Shown here one piece after another: positions 52,901-60,975 of a stretch of 64,000 bases of DNA. A program made the position numbers and the translations under genes. Under the pieces are notes generated by a model that was not told where the DNA came from, made no database searches, and saw only the letters and a list, made by a program, of their open reading frames with translations. Source of the stretch: an uncultured Clostridia bacterium (GTDB taxonomy: Bacteria; Bacillota; Clostridia; Christensenellales; CAG-917); assembly GCA_944360115.1 (NCBI GenBank), contig CALVTH010000005.1, positions 413-64,412 of the forward strand, in the 5' to 3' direction. Positions within the stretch are counted from its first letter, which is position 1. Every line of letters starts with the position of its first letter.

Positions 52901-54320
52901 TGTTGGCGGAGCCGTACAGCACGGTGTCCGACGAAGCGTCGGAAGCAATGCCCTTTATCTCGATGTCCTCGCCGTCGCCCGAAAGGCGCAGAGTGGCGCC
53001 CGCGCCGTAGATGTTGACGAGATAGAGGTCGATGGAAACGACATAATACTTGTTCTTCTCGATGACGATTTTGCGGGAGGACTTGATGCCCTGCGCCGTC
53101 ATCAGCTGTTGCGACACGAGATAGGCACCCGAGCCGTAAATACCGTCACGCTCGCCTATGGTGTCGTCAATACCGGCAAGCTGCGTCGCGGGGCTGTACT
53201 TGGAGACGGTGCCGCTGTCACGCAGATAATAGGTCGAGCTGATATAGGAGGAATAGTCTTTCTCGAAGGTGTCGAGGTCGACTATGCCGTTGAAGCGGTC
53301 GGAAGAGGGCGCGGGGTCGCTCTCGGAGGAATTGCCTCTCACCACCGACCAGTTGGAGGGAGCGGTGGAGGAGGAAATGGAAGTGGAGCCGAACTCGAAG
53401 CGCGCGTTGGGCAACTTGAGCGTGGCGGTGGCGACCGTCACGGGCGAAGCGGCGTCGTTCTTGTTGTCTTCGTACTGTTTGAGCTCGCGCTTTACGGCGT
53501 CGGCGTATTTCTCGGCGGCGGTCTCGTCGGTGTCGTCGGCGAGTTTCTCGAGGGTGACATTGTCGAAGAACGCGTAACCCGTGGTGAGACCGTCGGTGTA
53601 ATAGGAGGAATATTTGCCGAGGGCAAAGTTGACGGTGAGGGTGTTGCCGGCGTCGGACGCGCCCTCGATGTAGATTTCGTAGGTGACCCACTGACCTTTG
53701 GTGTCGATTGCGGCGATTTCGGCATAGGTGTTGGAGGACACATAAATCCTCGCGCCGGGTTCGTTGCCTTCTTTGTCCGTGCCCGCGATGTCGTAGGTCA
53801 GCACATCCACGGAGAGTTTGTAGTAGGAATTCTTTTCAATGGTGAAAGAGGAGGAGGTGTAGCCGTACGCGGTGGGACCGTAGTCCTCGTCCTCGGAGGT
53901 CACCTCGTCTTCCGTCGGCATGTAAATCATGAGCGCGTTCTTGATTTCGTCGTCCGCGCCGTAGCGGCCGCCCGCCGTGAGGAGATTGTAGACGGTGTTG
54001 TCGTCGTCCTTCCACAGACTGCGGTACTGCTCGTAAGTGGCGGCGGTCAGATTGACCGCGCCCGCTATGACATCGCCGTGGACGGAGGAGGAGCTGTACA
54101 GTTTCGCGCCTGTCCAGTTGGTTATCGTGCGGGGGAAATCGCCGCTTGCGCCGATGACCTTGAAATCGGAGTTGGCGATGAGAAGACCCTCGGTGGCTTC
54201 GACGGAATCCGTCGTGCCGTCGTCGCCGGATTTGGGGTCGCATGCGACGAGAACCGCCGCGAGGAAGACCACGACGAGACACATGATGAGCGCGATGATT
54301 GAAAGTTTCTTTTTGTTCAT
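49929..54320 (-). CDS. 1463-aa surface lipoprotein with five CBM4/9/22-like beta-sandwich modules and a C-terminal TM anchor
   Basis: MNKKKL..., lipobox LVAC (Cys27). Five modules each end in a G(Y/W)(A/M)F(F/I)DN(V/L)TL-type strand. C-terminal WWMIPTILLALATIAVVIVFFV + KKYGKKFAKK. Confidence 0.8.
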   Translation of the reverse strand: MNKKKLSIIALIMCLVVVFLAAVLVACDPKSGDDGTTDSVEATEGLLIANSDFKVIGASGDFPRTITNWTGAKLYSSSSVHGDVIAGAVNLTAATYEQYRSLWKDDDNTVYNLLTAGGRYGADDEIKNALMIYMPTEDEVTSEDEDYGPTAYGYTSSSFTIEKNSYYKLSVDVLTYDIAGTDKEGNEPGARIYVSSNTYAEIAAIDTKGQWVTYEIYIEGASDAGNTLTVNFALGKYSSYYTDGLTTGYAFFDNVTLEKLADDTDETAAEKYADAVKRELKQYEDNKNDAASPVTVATATLKLPNARFEFGSTSISSSTAPSNWSVVRGNSSESDPAPSSDRFNGIVDLDTFEKDYSSYISSTYYLRDSGTVSKYSPATQLAGIDDTIGERDGIYGSGAYLVSQQLMTAQGIKSSRKIVIEKNKYYVVSIDLYLVNIYGAGATLRLSGDGEDIEIKGIASDASSDTVLYGSANSGASSAGWTTYTFVIHGNQYRDMSYNMEIWLGTEGTSSNTSSTYTKFTSTTSSGSSATTYTADGTFSTGWMFIDNLTLAETDEEDFDSAVANATDFTLDAAGSTDAQTVKVDLATDNLFSASAGSAGTGIDGEFNPVGSDAYSTGSLGLSAGITFSASTADNPAVVDASFVRTGVVNAATGEGLPEGVDAPLTPYATESDFAFMLYSSKSTSFAYDTDEFEIVPNTFYRASLWVKTEDIKSGKGAYVYVMQKGEKDGDDPVELASFTSVNTSEVEDNNGWTEITVLFRGDVDYKTGTEGEKVFLRLALGTGDRYAATTLTSGAAFVTNMSLTEITYSDYNGTSTGTYIKKVDFSTTSSNSFTNGAFDNIDFAEDEALSSGGVLLQDSNAAGVPADWTLSDKTLDDNFVGGIIKFNSDGTASTQIDNLFGNGYAFFNPVYPDGTDDVIAAGGPNMLVLAGKGGNKYSVGYTSDSFTLTASTNYTISVWARAEVGTKGMIYLAGEASGSERDGNTLYFVVEGDGAWHRYTFNIRVGLTSVSLELGLWLGENADITGAVVGDGEGQVTEDSLKSSGVVVFDSVTMRSTLTDEDFEDGAADDCTRYIDFNSDSFDTLTDTSDNRGELTSPENWTSAVGTDQSSSDTTSGVLYLDKDGGYVDLTDDGYISLFDPDIDIDDFVIDDAEVDSALASGEYADRIAEIMAEGEYDTERDALIYILKKDKYDALMKDLGVTWDDILPDAGVGPDGNRILVVNNTANSAFYYYSSNYTLSADKAYKISVRVYTHGIGHIDELSFEAADDLGAYVELYLGTYNDSSSPLRLANLNPTAAEGWQTVTFYVMAPAEDVTGVQLRLGLGLYDAENPDLLLGGYAFFDAVTFEEISVSDYENAKESIADGDKYNAAYNVPEAPESGDTSVDNDPETPENTFNLDNLWWMIPTILLALATIAVVIVFFVKKYGKKFAKKAGEEEAPVEKENLDNVNRKKNNYDDFNE

Positions 54321-54441
54321 AGTTACCCTTAACGCCTTGACGGCATTGGAATGTTTGCTTTGTTGCGCCTTACGCGCGCACCGCGCGCAGATTATAGGCT
54401 TATGTATTCTACAACAACGCGCGGGCGTTTGGCAAACGCTT

Positions 54442-54470
54442 TTGATAATTCCCGCCAAATTAACGATAAT
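54442..54470 (+). promoter_or_regulatory. Promoter of the first TauE half-gene (-35 TTGATA, -10 GATAAT)
   Basis: Hexamers 17 bp apart, 18 nt upstream of ATG 54488. Confidence 0.45.
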
Positions 54471-54487
54471 AAACGGCGAGGTGTTTT

Positions 54488-54925
54488 ATGGTCAACAGTA
54501 TTGCCGATTTCGCGGGCGGCAAAACCCGCCTTGCAGCTTACGCCTTCGCGGGCGCGAAAGAGAGGAGAAAACGCAACGCCCTGCTGGCGTGCGCGGGAGC
54601 CTTCGTGGGACTGGTCAACGGATTTCTGGGGGCGGGCGGGGGTATGCTCGCCGTGCCCGTCCTCACCTTCGTGGCGGGGCTTCCCGACAAGAAAGCCCAC
54701 GCCACGGCGATAGCCCTCATACTGCCTTTGTGCGCCGTAAGCGCGCTGGTCTATGCGCTGGGCGGGGCGGGAGAATATGTCGCCGACCTGCCCGCGGCGG
54801 CGGGCGTTTTCGCGGGCGGAATAATAGGCGCGCTGCTGCTGAAAAAGGCGTCGCCCGAACTGCTCAAAGAACTGTTTTACGGCGTGATGATGTTCGCGGG
54901 GATAAAGATGTTGTTCGGACAATGA
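54488..54925 (+). CDS. Half-size TauE/SafE (TSUP) family membrane protein
   Basis: 145 aa, about 4 TM, signature GFLGAGGGMLAVPVL. Confidence 0.75.
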   Translation: MVNSIADFAGGKTRLAAYAFAGAKERRKRNALLACAGAFVGLVNGFLGAGGGMLAVPVLTFVAGLPDKKAHATAIALILPLCAVSALVYALGGAGEYVADLPAAAGVFAGGIIGALLLKKASPELLKELFYGVMMFAGIKMLFGQ

Positions 54926-55046
54926 AATGCGCAAAACCGTCGTTTATTGCGCAAAATCGCAAAATAAAACCCTTATTGTTGTGTGAATCCGTTTCGGACG
55001 AACCGCGGCACGGGCGGGGCGGAACGGGACGGAAAACGGAGGAAAA

Positions 55047-55433
55047 ATGAGAGTGTTGTATCTCGTGCTTGCGGGAGCGGCGGGCGGCGTGCTCGCCGGT
55101 ATGGGAATGGGCGGCGGCACGCTGACCATACCGCTTCTGGTGCTTGCTCTCGGCGTGGAGCAGCGGTCGGCGCAGTTCGTCAATCTTGCGGCGTTCGTGC
55201 CCACGGGCGCGGCGGCGCTGGGGGTGCATATCAAAAACGGGCTGGTGGACGGCGGCAAACTGCTTTTCGTGTTGCCGCCCGCAGTGATTGCGACGGCGGC
55301 TTCGTCGTGGCTTGCCGCGGGCACGGCGGGAGAGGTGCTGGGCAGGGTGTTCGGCGGATTTCTGGTGTTGCTCGCCGTGTTCGGTTTCTGCTCGGCGGCG
55401 GTGACCCGCCGCTTCGGAAACTCCGCGGGATAA
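55047..55433 (+). CDS. Half-size TauE/SafE (TSUP) family membrane protein
   Basis: 128 aa, about 4 TM, signature GMGMGGGTLTIPLLV. RBS GGAGGAAAAATG. Confidence 0.75.
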   Translation: MRVLYLVLAGAAGGVLAGMGMGGGTLTIPLLVLALGVEQRSAQFVNLAAFVPTGAAALGVHIKNGLVDGGKLLFVLPPAVIATAASSWLAAGTAGEVLGRVFGGFLVLLAVFGFCSAAVTRRFGNSAG

Positions 55434-55488
55434 GCCGCTCCGCGCGGCAAAATGCGCGGACGGCCGCGGCTATTCTGCATTTTCGGTA

Positions 55489-55517
55489 TTTACAGAGGGC
55501 GGTTCTTGACTTATAAT
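55489..55517 (+). promoter_or_regulatory. rnf operon promoter (-35 TTTACA, -10 TATAAT)
   Basis: Hexamers 17 bp apart, about 58 nt upstream of rnfC ATG 55576. Confidence 0.5.
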
Positions 55518-55575
55518 CTTTAGTGTGTTGGTCGTGCGCGGGCGCTCTCGCGCAGGCGACCGGAGATTTTACGGT

Positions 55576-56889
55576 ATGCCGCACAAGTTTATGCTCGGAA
55601 CATTCAGACACGGGACTCATCCGCCTGCCAGCAAGGGCACGGCGGACATTCCGCTTTCCCCCGCCGAAGTGCCCGAGGAAATCCGTCTGCCGCTGTCCCA
55701 GCACATCGGCGCTCCCGCGCGGGAAATCGTTTCCGTCGGCGACAGAGTGCTGGAAGGACAGCTGGTTGCCGAGCCTTCCGGCTATGTGTCCGCGGCGGTA
55801 CATTCTCCGGTTTCGGGCATTGTCAGGGGCTTTGTCACCCTGCCCACGGCGACGGGCGGCAAGTGCCGTCACATCGTCATCGAAAACGACTTCCTTTACG
55901 AAAAAAGTTTTCTGGCCCCTCTTCCCGAGGACGCCGACGCCGAAGCCATAAAGGCGCGTATCGCCGAGGCGGGTATCGTCGGTATGGGCGGAGCGGGTTT
56001 CCCCACGCACATCAAGTTGTCGCCGCGCGGCGGCGCGGACATCCTCGTCGTCAACGGCGCGGAGTGCGAGCCGTACATCACCTGCGACTGCCGTCTGATG
56101 ACGGAAAAGGCCGAGGAAGTGGCGGACGGCGTGCGCCTGCTCAAACGGGCGCTCGGCGCAGAAAAGGCGTTCATCGCCGTCGAGGATAACAAACGGGAAG
56201 CCGTCGCCGCGCTCAGACCTTTCGAGGGCGACGGGCTGGAAGTGGTGCGCCTGCGCGTCAAGTACCCGCAGGGCGCGGAGAAGCAGCTGATATACGCCGT
56301 CACAGGCAGAAAGGTGCCGCCGGGCGCGTTGCCTGCCGATGTCGGGTGTGTGGTGGACAATGTTCACACCGCCTACGCCGTGTCGCGTGCGGTGCGTTGC
56401 GGCGAGCCGCTGTATATGCGCGCTCTCACCGTTGCGGGCGGCGGCGTGGAGAAGCAGGGCAATTTCTGGGTGCGCTCGGGGACGCCGTATTCCTTCGTCT
56501 ACGAAAAGACCCGCGGCGACCTTGCCGAGACCGTCACCGACAAGGTGATAAGCGGCGGTCCCATGATGGGGTTCGCGCAGGCGGGGCTGGAGGCGTGCTG
56601 CACCAAGACCACCTCGGCGTTGCTTTTCCTCGACGCAAAGCAGATAAGCCGTGCCGCCGCTTCGGAGTGCATAAACTGCGGACGGTGTTTCAGAAGCTGT
56701 CCGATGTTCCTTTCCCCGCGTGAAATCGAGCACGCCGTGCTCGACGAGGATTTCGCGAGGGCGGAGAAACTGAATGTCAACGCCTGTATAGAGTGCGGCA
56801 CCTGTTCCTATGTGTGCCCCGCGAAGCGTCCGCTCGTGCAGGCGGTGCGCCTTGCCAAGAAAACTCTCAGAAGGGGGGGCGGCAAATGA
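55576..56889 (+). CDS. rnfC: Rnf electron transport complex subunit C
   Basis: GIVGMGGAGFPTHIK, two ferredoxin CxxCxxCxxxCP motifs (CINCGRCFRSCP, CIECGTCSYVCP). Confidence 0.93.
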   Translation: MPHKFMLGTFRHGTHPPASKGTADIPLSPAEVPEEIRLPLSQHIGAPAREIVSVGDRVLEGQLVAEPSGYVSAAVHSPVSGIVRGFVTLPTATGGKCRHIVIENDFLYEKSFLAPLPEDADAEAIKARIAEAGIVGMGGAGFPTHIKLSPRGGADILVVNGAECEPYITCDCRLMTEKAEEVADGVRLLKRALGAEKAFIAVEDNKREAVAALRPFEGDGLEVVRLRVKYPQGAEKQLIYAVTGRKVPPGALPADVGCVVDNVHTAYAVSRAVRCGEPLYMRALTVAGGGVEKQGNFWVRSGTPYSFVYEKTRGDLAETVTDKVISGGPMMGFAQAGLEACCTKTTSALLFLDAKQISRAAASECINCGRCFRSCPMFLSPREIEHAVLDEDFARAEKLNVNACIECGTCSYVCPAKRPLVQAVRLAKKTLRRGGGK

Positions 56890-57986
56890 GCAAGTACATA
56901 GTTTCCGCTTCCCCGCACATCACCTCGCCCGCCACCACGCGACGCATTATGCTCGATGTGATAATCGCGCTGTTGCCCGCGCTTGTCGCGGCGATGTTGC
57001 TCTACGGCTTCTACACGCTTTTCATGGCGGTGCTGAGCGTGGGGACGGCGGTTTTCTGCGAGTGGCTGTTCAATGTGATAACCAGACGCCGCCAGACCGT
57101 CGGCGACCTTTCGGCAATCGTGACGGGGCTCATTCTCGCGCTCAATCTGCCGCCCGTTGTGCCGTTCTATGTGCCCATGGTGGGCGCGGCGTTTGCCATA
57201 ATCATAGTCAAAATGCTCTTCGGCGGCATAGGCAGGAATTTTGCCAACCCCGCAATCACGGCGCGCATATTCCTTATGTTGGCGTGGGCGGGAGTGATGA
57301 CGCGTTTCGTCGCGCCGATAGACCTGTCGGACGGCGCAAACCTGTTCGTCTATTTCAAGGAAGCGCTCAACATCGACCTGCCCGCGGCAATCACCACCGC
57401 CACGCCTTTCGACGCCGTGAAACAGGCGCTCGAAAGCGGCGCGAATCCCGCGGAAGGGCTGAGCGCGCTGGATATGTTCCTCGGCAGGATAGGCGGAAGC
57501 GCGGGCGAAGTGTCCACTCTCGCCGTGCTGATAGGCGGGATATATCTCGCCGTCCGTCGCGTCATAGATGTGCGTATTCCCGTCATCTACATCTCGGCGG
57601 TCGCTGTGTTTACGGCGATATTCTACGCCGACACGGGTTATGTCGGCGAATATGTGTGGACCTATCTTCTCGGCGGCGGGCTCGTGTTCGGCGCGGTGTT
57701 TATGGCGACGGACTATTCCACCTCTCCCAAGGGCGGAGTTGCCGTGCTCATATACGGCGTGGGGCTGGGATTGCTCACCGTCATAATAAGGAAATTCGGG
57801 TCGATGAACGAAGGCGTGTCCTACGCCGTTCTGCTTATGAACATCGTCACCCCGTTGCTCGACAGAATACGCCCCCGTCCTTTCGGCACGCCGAGAGTGA
57901 AACTCTCCGACAAGTGGCTGGCGTGGAAACGCAACCGCGCCCGCAAGAAGGAGTCCGCGGCGGAAGGAGGTGAGTGCGTTGCCTGA
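56886..57986 (+). CDS. rnfD: Rnf complex subunit D
   Basis: SASPHI... N-terminus, polytopic, TDYSTSP (FMN attachment region). ATGA overlap with rnfC. Confidence 0.92.
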   Translation: MSKYIVSASPHITSPATTRRIMLDVIIALLPALVAAMLLYGFYTLFMAVLSVGTAVFCEWLFNVITRRRQTVGDLSAIVTGLILALNLPPVVPFYVPMVGAAFAIIIVKMLFGGIGRNFANPAITARIFLMLAWAGVMTRFVAPIDLSDGANLFVYFKEALNIDLPAAITTATPFDAVKQALESGANPAEGLSALDMFLGRIGGSAGEVSTLAVLIGGIYLAVRRVIDVRIPVIYISAVAVFTAIFYADTGYVGEYVWTYLLGGGLVFGAVFMATDYSTSPKGGVAVLIYGVGLGLLTVIIRKFGSMNEGVSYAVLLMNIVTPLLDRIRPRPFGTPRVKLSDKWLAWKRNRARKKESAAEGGECVA

Positions 57987-58611
57987 CGAAGTGCGCGACG
58001 GCGCGGCGGCAAAACGCAAGCCCGTCTTTCACAAGGACATCTTCGCGTGCATAATCGTGCTCGTCGCAATCGCTCTCGTCGCGGGAGTGCTGCTCGGCGC
58101 GCTCAACTATCTCACCTATGTCGACCCCGACGCCGCAATCGCCGCGGAAGTGGCGGGCATATACGGGATAGGCTCGGACAAGGTGACCTCGGACGCTTCG
58201 CTGGCGGTCGATTCCTCCGCCACGGCGGGCGAAGTGCTGGGCGCTTTCCGCATTGCGGGAGAGGACGGCGGCACGCGCGGCGTGGCATACTATGTGTCCG
58301 GCACGGGTGCGTACAAAGGCACGGTGGAGCTGGTCGTGTGCGTAGAGGACGGCATTGTCACCGCCATCAGCGTGTATTCGCACTCCGAGACGGCGTCCAT
58401 GGGCGGCAAGGTGCTCAAGGACGAAAATCTCGCCAAATTCGTGGGCACCGACCTTTCCGAAATGACCGATTACGGCTCCTCGGGCTCAAACGACGCCAAG
58501 GAGTCGGACATATACATCACCAGTGCGACGCTTACCACACGCGCCGTGCTCAACGCCGTGCGGACGGCGGCTTATGCGTGGAATACCTGCGTTGCGGAGG
58601 GTAGGATATGA
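57970..58611 (+). CDS. rnfG: Rnf complex subunit G
   Basis: N-terminal TM plus FMN-binding domain (HSETASMGGK, SATLTTRAV). Start is GTG 57970 or TTG 57979. Confidence 0.88.
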   Translation: MSALPDEVRDGAAAKRKPVFHKDIFACIIVLVAIALVAGVLLGALNYLTYVDPDAAIAAEVAGIYGIGSDKVTSDASLAVDSSATAGEVLGAFRIAGEDGGTRGVAYYVSGTGAYKGTVELVVCVEDGIVTAISVYSHSETASMGGKVLKDENLAKFVGTDLSEMTDYGSSGSNDAKESDIYITSATLTTRAVLNAVRTAAYAWNTCVAEGRI

Positions 58612-59444
58612 GCAAGGCTTTGACTCTCGACCCCAAAGGCAAGGGCAGGATTGTCGCCAACGGCATTTTCGCGTCCAACCCCGTCTTCCGTCTGGTGCTG
58701 GGGATGTGTCCCACTCTCGCCATTTCGACGAGCGCGTTCAACGGACTGGGCATGGGCATTGCCGCCACCGTCGTGCTGGTGTGTTCCAACCTGCTGGTGT
58801 CTCTGTTGCGCAAGGTCATTCCCGACAGGGTGCGTATTCCCGCGTATGTCCTCATCATCGCCACATTCGTCACTATGGTGGAGATGTTGCTGCGCAAATT
58901 CGTACCCGCGCTGTACGACGCGCTCGGCATTTATCTGCCGCTCATCGTCGTCAACTGCATAATTCTCGCCCGTGCCGAAGCCTTTGCTTCGCAAAACGGC
59001 GTGGGCGACTCCGTGCTGGACGGTCTGGGCATGGGGCTGGGCTTCACCCTGGCGCTCGTGCTGCTGGGCTTCATAAGGGAATTTCTCGGCGCGGGCACGG
59101 TGTTCGTCGGCGAACTGGGCGACGCGTCCTTCGGGCTGGTGCTCGGAGATATGCCGGACTACGCCATGAGCGTGTTCGTGCTGCCCGCGGGCGGATTCCT
59201 CACCCTCGGGCTGGTTATGGCGGCAATCAACGCCATATCCGCGAAAGCGGAAAAGGACAGACAATCCAAGTGCGCCGCGGCGGCAGAGGAGACCTTTGCC
59301 GAGCAACCCACACCCGCGACCGCGGGCGCAAACGACGGCGCGGAAGCGGCGGCGGCAATCTCGGAAGGGGAAGGCAATGCGGACGGCGCGGATAAGGGCG
59401 CGGAAGCGACGAAGGCGCGCGACGCCGAAGGAGGAGACGAATGA
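58608..59444 (+). CDS. rnfE: Rnf complex subunit E (with about 70-aa Ala/Glu-rich C-terminal tail)
   Basis: NPVFRLVLGMCPTLAIST..., IVVNCIILARAEAFA. Confidence 0.92.
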   Translation: MSKALTLDPKGKGRIVANGIFASNPVFRLVLGMCPTLAISTSAFNGLGMGIAATVVLVCSNLLVSLLRKVIPDRVRIPAYVLIIATFVTMVEMLLRKFVPALYDALGIYLPLIVVNCIILARAEAFASQNGVGDSVLDGLGMGLGFTLALVLLGFIREFLGAGTVFVGELGDASFGLVLGDMPDYAMSVFVLPAGGFLTLGLVMAAINAISAKAEKDRQSKCAAAAEETFAEQPTPATAGANDGAEAAAAISEGEGNADGADKGAEATKARDAEGGDE

Positions 59445-60028
59445 CATACTTTCTGCTCATAGTGGGCGCGGTGTTCGTCAACAACTTCGTGCTTTGCCAG
59501 TTCCTCGGGTGCTGTCCATTTCTCGGCGTGTCCAAGAAGACGGACACCGCTCTCGGAATGGGACTGGCCGTCATATTCGTCATGGGTATCGCCTCGATTT
59601 TCACCTGGCTGATACAGAAACTGCTCGTCGCGGCGGGTATCGAATATCTGCAGACAATAGCGTTCATTCTCGTCATCGCCGCGCTCGTGCAGCTCGTCGA
59701 AATGGTGCTCAAGAAACTCATGCCGTCGCTGTACAGCGCGCTCGGCGTGTATCTGCCGCTCATCACCACCAACTGCGCGGTGCTCGGCGTCGCCATTCTC
59801 AACATCGAGTCCTACGGCGTGGCGGGTGCGGAAAGCCTGTTGATGTCTTTCCTCAACGGCGTATTCAGCGGCGCGGGCTTCACGCTCGCAATACTGTTGC
59901 TGGCGGGCATAAGGGAGCGAATGGACATAAAAGCCGTTCCCGCTCCTTTCAGAGGGTTCCCGATAACCCTCGTCACGGCGTCCATAATGAGTATGGCTTT
60001 CGCCGCGTTCTCGGGGATGATTTCGTGA
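59441..60028 (+). CDS. rnfA: Rnf complex subunit A
   Basis: VFVNNFVLCQFLGCCPFLGVS..., ITTNCAVLGVA. Confidence 0.93.
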   Translation: MTYFLLIVGAVFVNNFVLCQFLGCCPFLGVSKKTDTALGMGLAVIFVMGIASIFTWLIQKLLVAAGIEYLQTIAFILVIAALVQLVEMVLKKLMPSLYSALGVYLPLITTNCAVLGVAILNIESYGVAGAESLLMSFLNGVFSGAGFTLAILLLAGIRERMDIKAVPAPFRGFPITLVTASIMSMAFAAFSGMIS

Positions 60029-60038
60029 GGAGGGCGGT

Positions 60039-60896
60039 ATGACGGGGCTGTTGTCGGCGGTTGACGCAATGACTATACTTTACTCGGCGCTCGTGCTCCT
60101 CGCGCTGGCGCTCGTGTTCGGCGTGCTGCTCGCCGTGCTGGGCAAGAAACTTGCCGTCAAAGAGGACGAGAGAGTGGCGAAGGTGCGCGAACATCTCTCG
60201 GGCGCCAACTGCGGCGCGTGCGGTTACGCGGGGTGCGACGATTTCGCCAAGGCAGTCGCCGAAGGCAAAGCCGATGTCGGCGGCTGCGCCGCCACTTCGG
60301 CGGAAGAGAAACGCAGGATAGGCGAAATTCTCGGCATAGAGATCGCGGCGGAGGAGACGATAGTCGTCGTCGCCTGCAACGGCGGAAACGCCGCCGCCGA
60401 CCGCTACGAATATATGGGCTACGGCGACTGCCGCAGCATGGAAATGCTGGCGGGCGGCAGGAAAGCGTGCGCGTGGGGCTGTCTGGGCATGGGCTCCTGC
60501 GAAAAGGAATGCCCCGTCGGCGCAATCAGGGTGGGAGAGGGCGGCTATGCCGAAATCGACCACGGCAAGTGCATTGCGTGCGGCAAGTGCGTGGCGGTGT
60601 GCCCGAAAATGCTGATAAAACGCATACCCGCCGACGCGGTGGTGTACATCGCCTGTTCCAACTGTCTGCGCGGCGCGAAGGTCGTGCACGCCCTGTGCGA
60701 AAACGGGTGCATAGGTTGCGGGTTGTGCGCCAGAATCTGTCCGTCGGGGGCGATAACGCTCACCGACAATCAGCCCGTCATTGATTACGACAAGTGCACG
60801 GGGTGCGGGCTTTGCGCGTCGAAGTGTCCCGCCAAGTGCATAAAGACGACCGACCACGGCAAGCGCGTGCTCGAAGGACGCGCCGCCGTAAAATAA
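60039..60896 (+). CDS. rnfB: Rnf complex subunit B (polyferredoxin)
   Basis: N-terminal TM, CGACGYAGCDDFA, several CxxCxxCxxxCP motifs. Confidence 0.92.
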   Translation: MTGLLSAVDAMTILYSALVLLALALVFGVLLAVLGKKLAVKEDERVAKVREHLSGANCGACGYAGCDDFAKAVAEGKADVGGCAATSAEEKRRIGEILGIEIAAEETIVVVACNGGNAAADRYEYMGYGDCRSMEMLAGGRKACAWGCLGMGSCEKECPVGAIRVGEGGYAEIDHGKCIACGKCVAVCPKMLIKRIPADAVVYIACSNCLRGAKVVHALCENGCIGCGLCARICPSGAITLTDNQPVIDYDKCTGCGLCASKCPAKCIKTTDHGKRVLEGRAAVK

Positions 60897-60975
60897 CGAC
60901 AAACCCACCGCCGCTCCGCCGATTTCCGGCGGGCGGGCGTTCCGCCCGTTTCCCCGCGGGCGAAAGGAGATAAGT

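Noticed and set aside
54321-54458. 46-codon extension upstream of MNKKKL in the giant-protein ORF
   Set aside because: No RBS, a Cys/Arg-rich sequence and no signal peptide logic. MNKKKL followed by a hydrophobic core and the lipobox LVAC is a textbook lipoprotein start.
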